Assembly: GCA_977018835.1 (NCBI GenBank)
Contig: OZ361257.1
Location: forward strand, 2,294,001-2,358,000
Source of the DNA: Minutocellus sp. GHC0000111
Taxonomy: Eukaryota
DNA: 64,000 nt
Reading direction: 5' to 3'
Shown: positions 58,058 through 64,000 of the stretch, in pieces
Layout of the letters: the number at the start of each line of letters is the position of its first letter
Numbering within the stretch: the stretch's first letter is position 1
Translations under genes and position numbers: made by a program
The notes under the pieces: generated by a model
What the model was told of the DNA's origin: nothing
Databases searched by the model: none
Seen by the model: the letters and a program-made list of their open reading frames with translations, nothing else

Positions 58058-61000
58058 ATGCCATTTGTGGAAGATACCGGCTCGTGCTCGAGCCCAAAAC
58101 CAGCCCAAGCCATGCCAAGCTATGACTACGATGCCACCGTATCCTCCATACTTCAGCACCGGAGGGAGGCCTATGCCGCCGATGCCGCCGACGAGTCCAT
58201 CCGGCTCGAACATCTAAACCAATCCGTCGAGCTGTTCACCAACCTGTCGGCCCAGTGCCCCATGACCCCCCTCCTTTGGATGCAGTACGCCGATGATGCC
58301 GCCGCCGTCGTCGGTGGGCTGTTGTCTGCGGAGGCAGGTGGCGAGGCCGGAGATTCCGGTGAGGCCGCGACACAAATTGCCGACACCCGTCTCAACATTC
58401 TAGAGCTGGCCATTGAGGAGTGGCCTGGATGTGCTCTCTTGAGGCTTCGGCACTTGGAGGCCGTGATGGCTGCCGCAACGGCCAAAAGTGACAGTGGTGG
58501 TGCTAGCGCTTCCAGTGTCGCAGTTCGCAGGGCATTTCATGATGCCATTTCGTTCGTCGGACGTGGCTCACATCGGAACGAGGACGGCATTGTGGCCGCC
58601 ATCTATCGGCTTCACGTACAATATCTCACAGGTTTGGCTTCGGCATTACCATCATCGAAAGATAAGGAGGCGTCGATGAAAAGCATCGTTGAAGAGATCG
58701 GTGCGAGCTATCTATTCAGGGCGGAGTGCCCCATGAAGGAGGAAAATGACACCCTGTCTAATGAAATATCATCCACCAAGGCCAAGGTTGAGGGGGTGCT
58801 ATCGTCGGGAGACGATATGGCCAAGATCGATGAGGCTCGAATTCAGGCATCGAGGGCACTAGGGAGCTTTGCCAACCTTGAGGACGAGGTCGACATGGCC
58901 ATGGCCAATGATTACATAGTGCTGCCTGCAAATGCACTCAATGGTGAGGCCGATTATTCATCCGTCGTCGATTGGAATGCCCTGTTGAATGGACGAGAGG
59001 CAATCGAAGGAACCGCCCGATATCTCATGGGCTACGGCGCTGCCAATACGACAGCTGCATTTGCCAAGTATGCCGGCGCACTGTCAAATCGCGCGCGCAA
59101 GGCGGCAAGTACGGCCAAAAGTCGGGCTGCGAATGACAACAAAAGTGCCGAAGCCGAGGGCCAGGATGCAGCAGACGAGGAGGCAAAGGATGAGATTGAG
59201 ATGTTCAACTCGCTCGCCATTTCCGTCTATGAGCGAGGTCTATCGGAGTGTCCTACAGTCGAATCTTTGTGGGTTTTATATGTGCAACAACTTGCTCGCC
59301 TTGTTGATCAAGATCGAAAGGCTTCCGAGGGCAAGGCAATTGGCCAGACTCGATACGTTGCATTGCTCAAGAGCGCATGTGCACGATCCGTCCGCAATTG
59401 TCCATACAGTGCTCTTCTCTTTGGTATGAAGATGAATTCTTTCGCCATCCTTGCACAGGTTGGGGCGGCTGTGTTTGATCCTGATCAGCTTTCGGCCGTG
59501 GCAAAGGAGGCGATAGATGGAGGCTTCATTGCAACGCCCGAGGGCCAACTGGAAGTACATCTGAATGCCATTCGTCACGTCAATCGTCGAATCCTTGCGC
59601 TCTCCTGCACAGCATCCCCAGAAGAAGGAGGTGCACCACCCAAGAGTTACGATGACTTGGAACCCATGGACAAGTCTGGCAAAAAGAAGAAACGCAAACA
59701 AGACGGCGCCGTCGTTGAAATTACAGAGTATGCCGACTTGGATGCTGAAACGGAGCAAGAAATCAGCGATCTGATCGATGACGTGCGTGAAATGTACGAT
59801 GCCACGGACTCCTTCTTGAAGAAAAGCCACTCGTCTTGGACGGAGGGGAAAGCAGTGCTGTGGTTAGATCGCGCACGTGCCGAAGCCAGCATATATCTTC
59901 CACTGTTGCGTTCTGTAGGCGGTGACGACGATGAAGAAGATGGTGATCAGATTGGAGGAAATAAGAAGGCTACGGATCAGGCAGTTCGATGCTATGAAAA
60001 GTCGGTCAAGGATCATCAGCCGCCGCATCCTGACCAATGGTCGGCATACATTCGATATGCGTTGGGACGACATCGCTTTCTTGGTCAAGAGGAGGAGGGA
60101 ATGCTTGACCCTGTCGGCGCCAATGCTGCAAAATTTAGAAAGATCAGGGGGCTCTTTCACCGTGCTACATCTCTTGTCAGGTCGAAACGGGGTGAAACAC
60201 AAGATGACGATGCACAGAACGGGCAGTCTTCATTTGTTTACTTTGGGCTGAGAGACTATGGATCGGCACTATCGAATCTTTGCCACGAATTCTTGGATTT
60301 TGAACGTGCCTTTGGATCCGACGAGAGTTTTCGTCAAGCGATCAAGATTATCACTGGCAAACTACGATCACTCGGTATCAATGGAAGCGAGGCGACTTCA
60401 TCTGCTCAGAACGGTGGTGCAACCAACGAGGCCGGTGCCATGGAAATTGATACTGCTCGGTCTGCAAAACGCAAGGCCGAGGAGCTCGATGAGCCCAATC
60501 AAACAGGTCCTGTTGAGCCATCTTCCAAAAAGGTTAGGTCAGAGGAGCCTTCTTCTTCTGCACTTGCTGACGCCGACGAAAGTAACGATGCTGATAAGAA
60601 GACCAACCTCAAGATCGAAAAGAAACGCCCTGAGCACACGGTTGTTGTTGGTAAACTTGAGTACCCAGCACATCCCTTCACCGTCAACGTAAGCAACTTA
60701 TCTGCCGAGACCGAAGATATGGACCTTGTTGATGCATTTGCCAAGTGCGGTGCTATTGTCCATGCTCGAATCCTACGTGAGAAGCACCATGGCCCTCGCC
60801 ATATCAAGGCCAAGTCCAAGGGCGTGGGTCTAATCCAATTTGAGGAAAGAGAATCCGCCGAGAAGGCACTGGCGCTCGATGATGAGATTGGCCTTCATGA
60901 AAAATTGATCATGGTCCGCCGTTCGCACATGCCCGCCGTCTCCAAGGTGCCTCCAGGAATGCATAGAACGAATCCCAAGGGAGAAGGGAGAAGCTCCAAG

Positions 61001-61219
61001 CGCAATCAGAAGCGCCGAGAGGCAAAGGCAAGTGGTACTACTGCCGGTGAAGGTGGGACTGCGACGGGTGATGGCGCTGCAAAAGCCGGAGAATCCGTCG
61101 CAAAGCCAAAGCCTGCGGCGGTGACCGGTGCAAGTTCAAGCAGCAGCCTCGCTTTCATCCCGAGAGGACTCCATGGCAAGAAGCACCACAAGGTCAAGGT
61201 CGATCTCGATAAGAAGTAA
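58058..61219 (+). CDS. SART3: SART3/Prp24-like U4/U6 recycling factor (HAT repeats plus RRM)
   Basis: PMTPLLWMQYA, YERGLSECP..LWVLY, RSVRNCPYS, FLDFERAFG, RRM (VNVSNL, KGVGLIQF) and C-terminal AFIPRG. Confidence 0.85.
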   Translation: MPFVEDTGSCSSPKPAQAMPSYDYDATVSSILQHRREAYAADAADESIRLEHLNQSVELFTNLSAQCPMTPLLWMQYADDAAAVVGGLLSAEAGGEAGDSGEAATQIADTRLNILELAIEEWPGCALLRLRHLEAVMAAATAKSDSGGASASSVAVRRAFHDAISFVGRGSHRNEDGIVAAIYRLHVQYLTGLASALPSSKDKEASMKSIVEEIGASYLFRAECPMKEENDTLSNEISSTKAKVEGVLSSGDDMAKIDEARIQASRALGSFANLEDEVDMAMANDYIVLPANALNGEADYSSVVDWNALLNGREAIEGTARYLMGYGAANTTAAFAKYAGALSNRARKAASTAKSRAANDNKSAEAEGQDAADEEAKDEIEMFNSLAISVYERGLSECPTVESLWVLYVQQLARLVDQDRKASEGKAIGQTRYVALLKSACARSVRNCPYSALLFGMKMNSFAILAQVGAAVFDPDQLSAVAKEAIDGGFIATPEGQLEVHLNAIRHVNRRILALSCTASPEEGGAPPKSYDDLEPMDKSGKKKKRKQDGAVVEITEYADLDAETEQEISDLIDDVREMYDATDSFLKKSHSSWTEGKAVLWLDRARAEASIYLPLLRSVGGDDDEEDGDQIGGNKKATDQAVRCYEKSVKDHQPPHPDQWSAYIRYALGRHRFLGQEEEGMLDPVGANAAKFRKIRGLFHRATSLVRSKRGETQDDDAQNGQSSFVYFGLRDYGSALSNLCHEFLDFERAFGSDESFRQAIKIITGKLRSLGINGSEATSSAQNGGATNEAGAMEIDTARSAKRKAEELDEPNQTGPVEPSSKKVRSEEPSSSALADADESNDADKKTNLKIEKKRPEHTVVVGKLEYPAHPFTVNVSNLSAETEDMDLVDAFAKCGAIVHARILREKHHGPRHIKAKSKGVGLIQFEERESAEKALALDDEIGLHEKLIMVRRSHMPAVSKVPPGMHRTNPKGEGRSSKRNQKRREAKASGTTAGEGGTATGDGAAKAGESVAKPKPAAVTGASSSSSLAFIPRGLHGKKHHKVKVDLDKK

Positions 61220-61382
61220 AGGGCGATCATTAGCAATTGCACGCGATGGAAGTGGTGTTCTCTTAAACATTTATTTACAAGTAAGTATTGCTCGACTCAC
61301 ACGAAACCTTCGAGATATCAGACTCCAATCTCCTCGTTCATTTGTACGAGGAGCTTCCACATTCAATTAATGCAATGTCTTT

Positions 61383-63594
61383 CTAGCATTCGGCACGATC
61401 CTCACCAAACTGGCCGTTCAACCAGAGAAGATGGTCAGGGACAAGGCTGCTGTCGCTGGGTTTGCCACCTGCGGCGGCGACTGTGAGCACATTCGTTTTG
61501 GGGAGACCGTCCGAGAAAACTGATTCAGATTCATTGGAAGGGCTGTAACCGTTGCCGCTGGTTCCACTCGCAGGATTACCTCCAGTAAAGTTGAACTGAG
61601 TGGGCTTCTTGATACCGTAGATGCCGTTGGCGCTCATGGCGACGCTGTCATCAAAAGTGAACTGAGAATCGCAGGGTGATTCCAGAGCCTCGTAGCCTCC
61701 GGCAGCAACAGCATGAGCGCCGAGGTTGCGTCGGGAGGCGGCAACATCCTCCATGTCGGCAGAGGAAGTCATGGTGAGATTGCCGGTGAGATTGGCCTGA
61801 ACCTTCTTCATGGTATCCTTGGCGTCCTTGGCCATATTGACTCCGGCGGTGGCACCATCCTTCAGCATGGCCTTGACGGGGTTGGGACAGGCGAGGCACT
61901 TGAGCATATCAATACCGCGCTGAAGCTTCTTGGGCCTCTGCGCTTCTTCGACGTCCTCCTCAAAGGCATCAGTTGGGTATCGCTTGCGGAACACGTCGGT
62001 GTGGTCAACTCCTGGCATGTTGGTGTCGTCCATAGCCCCAGAGGAAGCAACGGAGCCAGTGGACTCGCTAATGAGGGACCGAGAGCTCTTGTCGTAGGTG
62101 ATGACGAGGCCGGCCTGCTGGTGCGAAATACCTTCGAGCTTCTGAACGGTACCTGGACCGCCAACCGCAGAGAAGGTGCTAACAGCCTCCTCGAGGATGT
62201 CGTCAACCTTGTCATCATTGGCCTCAACCTTGCTCTCGACGGCGGCACTGCCATCAATGGAGGGCTGTTCCATCTCGGTACTATCGTCGTCATCATCATC
62301 GGCAACTTCTTCCTCGTCTCCCTTCTCAGAGACCCCATCAATGGAGAGATTCAATGACGCACTCTCATCGAGATCAGCAGGACCATTCGATGCAAGCGAG
62401 ATCTCGACAGAACTATCCTCCAGCTCAGACTCGCTGCCAGATTCTGTGCTCGACTCCTCCTCCTCGGGCTGCTCGGCGGCGGCAGCCTCCTCCATCTTCT
62501 TCATGACACTCGACGCTCCCTCCTCCTCTGCAGTATCTTCCTCATCGGCACTGGCGGTGCGGCTCATCTTCTTGTTGGGATGTTTGACGGAATGCTTCTC
62601 AATCCGTTCGCGATTCTTCCGCTCAAACTCCAACAACATATTCTGGGCCTCCGACACATGCATGAGGGGCAGCTCGTCGCACACGGCCTGATCGGAGATG
62701 TGACGGAGGTACGACCGGGCGGTCTTGACGGCCTCCTCCCTCGTCATGCGCTTGGACAGCTCGTTGATGAGCTTGCGTTCGGCACGTTCGCGCTCGGCGG
62801 CCGCGGCGGCGGCCAGAGTACGATTCTTCTTGTCGGTGCCGGGAGCCGACTTCATCAGCCACTGCTTCAGCTCTGACACTGGCTCGATGGGACGTTCGTC
62901 GGCCTCGGCCTGCTTGGAAATGATGCGTGTGTACTGCGATGAGGCCAGGGACGACGTGGAACACGAGGCTGCCGAGGGTGAGGCAGGGACTTCAGCTTCA
63001 GCTGCAGGTGCAGCAACAGCGGGAGCGACCGCTGAGGTCTGCTTCTTCTCCGTGGTAATCAAGGAGGCTGCAAAATTCAGTAGCAGGGCGGGGAGAGGAG
63101 AGAGTGAAAGTTAGACACAAAAGGCCCAGTGTCGTATCAAGATCGTCAGGAACACAATATGTGGACCTTTTCAACTTACCAACGTCATCCAGAGCCGATT
63201 CCTCGTCGTCATCATCATCTTCTTTTTCTTCCTCTTCCTCATCGACAACATCTTCTTCTACGTCCTGCTCCTCCTGCTTCTTCGTCTCGACAACCTCCTC
63301 CACGACTGGCTCCTCCTCCACCTTCTCTTCCTCGACAGCTGGGTCCTCCATCTTCTCCACTTTCTGCTCCTGTTGCTGCACCTTCTTGACCTCCCACGGG
63401 CGAGGTCCTATCGCCGCCTTCTTCTTCGGCTGATACACGTGCCGCTGGGCCTCCTCCTTGTTCTTCCGCTCAAAGTCCATCAGAAATCGCTGCATGTCCT
63501 TGACGCGGCCCAGAGGCTTCTCGTCCGTCTCGGCCTGGGCCGAGATCTTGCGGACGTATCCGCCGCCGTTGCTGTCGTTGTTGGTGCCGGCCAT
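61383..63594 (-). CDS. Hypothetical acidic protein with three ~30-40-aa ISxQAxxDExP repeats; intron 63068-63179
   Basis: A GTAAGT..TTGCAG intron joins ORFs 62998 and 61383 in frame (DDV-A-SLITT). The repeated motif is visible in the translation. Confidence 0.75.
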
Positions 63595-64000
63595 ACTATT
63601 GGCTGTAGTTAGAGCAGAGGTAGGTAGGTGGATGGGTTATCGTTAGCGATCAATCGAGCCATGCATCGTGTCACACCGGATTCTTCGAATTCAACCATTT
63701 TAGCAAAAATGACACAAGATGCGTCACGAAAAGAAACCCAAACGTATAACTGCCACCACACTCACCGTTCTCTTCGCTCATTGCTGCTCTCCTTGGTAGG
63801 AATATGCAATCGTATTGTTTGGCTTGATTGTAGTAGGGTTGGTATCGTCTCTCTTTGGGAGATTTGACTTTGGTTTTGTGCGTGTTTGGGTTTGGCGGGT
63901 TCCGCCAACTCGCCGAATGTCGTTGCATTGTCGAGTCGAACGAGTCGAGTCCCGCTGAGAAACTGAAAATGGCGGCGATTGTTCTTTACGTACCTAGGTA

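Overview
A 64-kb gene-dense eukaryotic nuclear window, most likely from a diatom or related photosynthetic stramenopile. This is inferred from short GT-AG introns of about 90-180 nt, short intergenic spacers, and several bipartite signal-peptide plus Phe plastid presequences on chlM, miaB and a parvulin. About 30 protein-coding genes can be supported. Many act in RNA metabolism or translation (mS35, eIF2B-alpha, RPA49, DBP3, PNUTS-like, LeuRS, MiaB, SART3, three RNA-methyltransferase-like genes); others are panC, ilvA, a RibD-C reductase, chlM, an MFS transporter and a 4-repeat MYB. I see no rRNA, tRNA or CRISPR array. At least a dozen genes carry 1-nt frameshifts, small deletions or single in-frame stops, so the sequence is either an imperfectly polished assembly or a decaying haplotype, and several genes had to be rebuilt by hand across frames. 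The most notable observations are: (1) a 1600-bp TGT...ACA inverted-repeat element with a CCGC flanking duplication that carries a broken TraB-domain fragment; (2) a plastid parvulin-MiaB fusion; (3) a tandem TrmY-like SPOUT protein; (4) an MBL-fold plus cNMP-binding putative phosphodiesterase; (5) a zf-PARP plus HRDC mini-protein; (6) a tail-less FAM21; (7) two proteins with repeats I cannot assign to a family. All family calls come from motifs read by eye; no database search was run.
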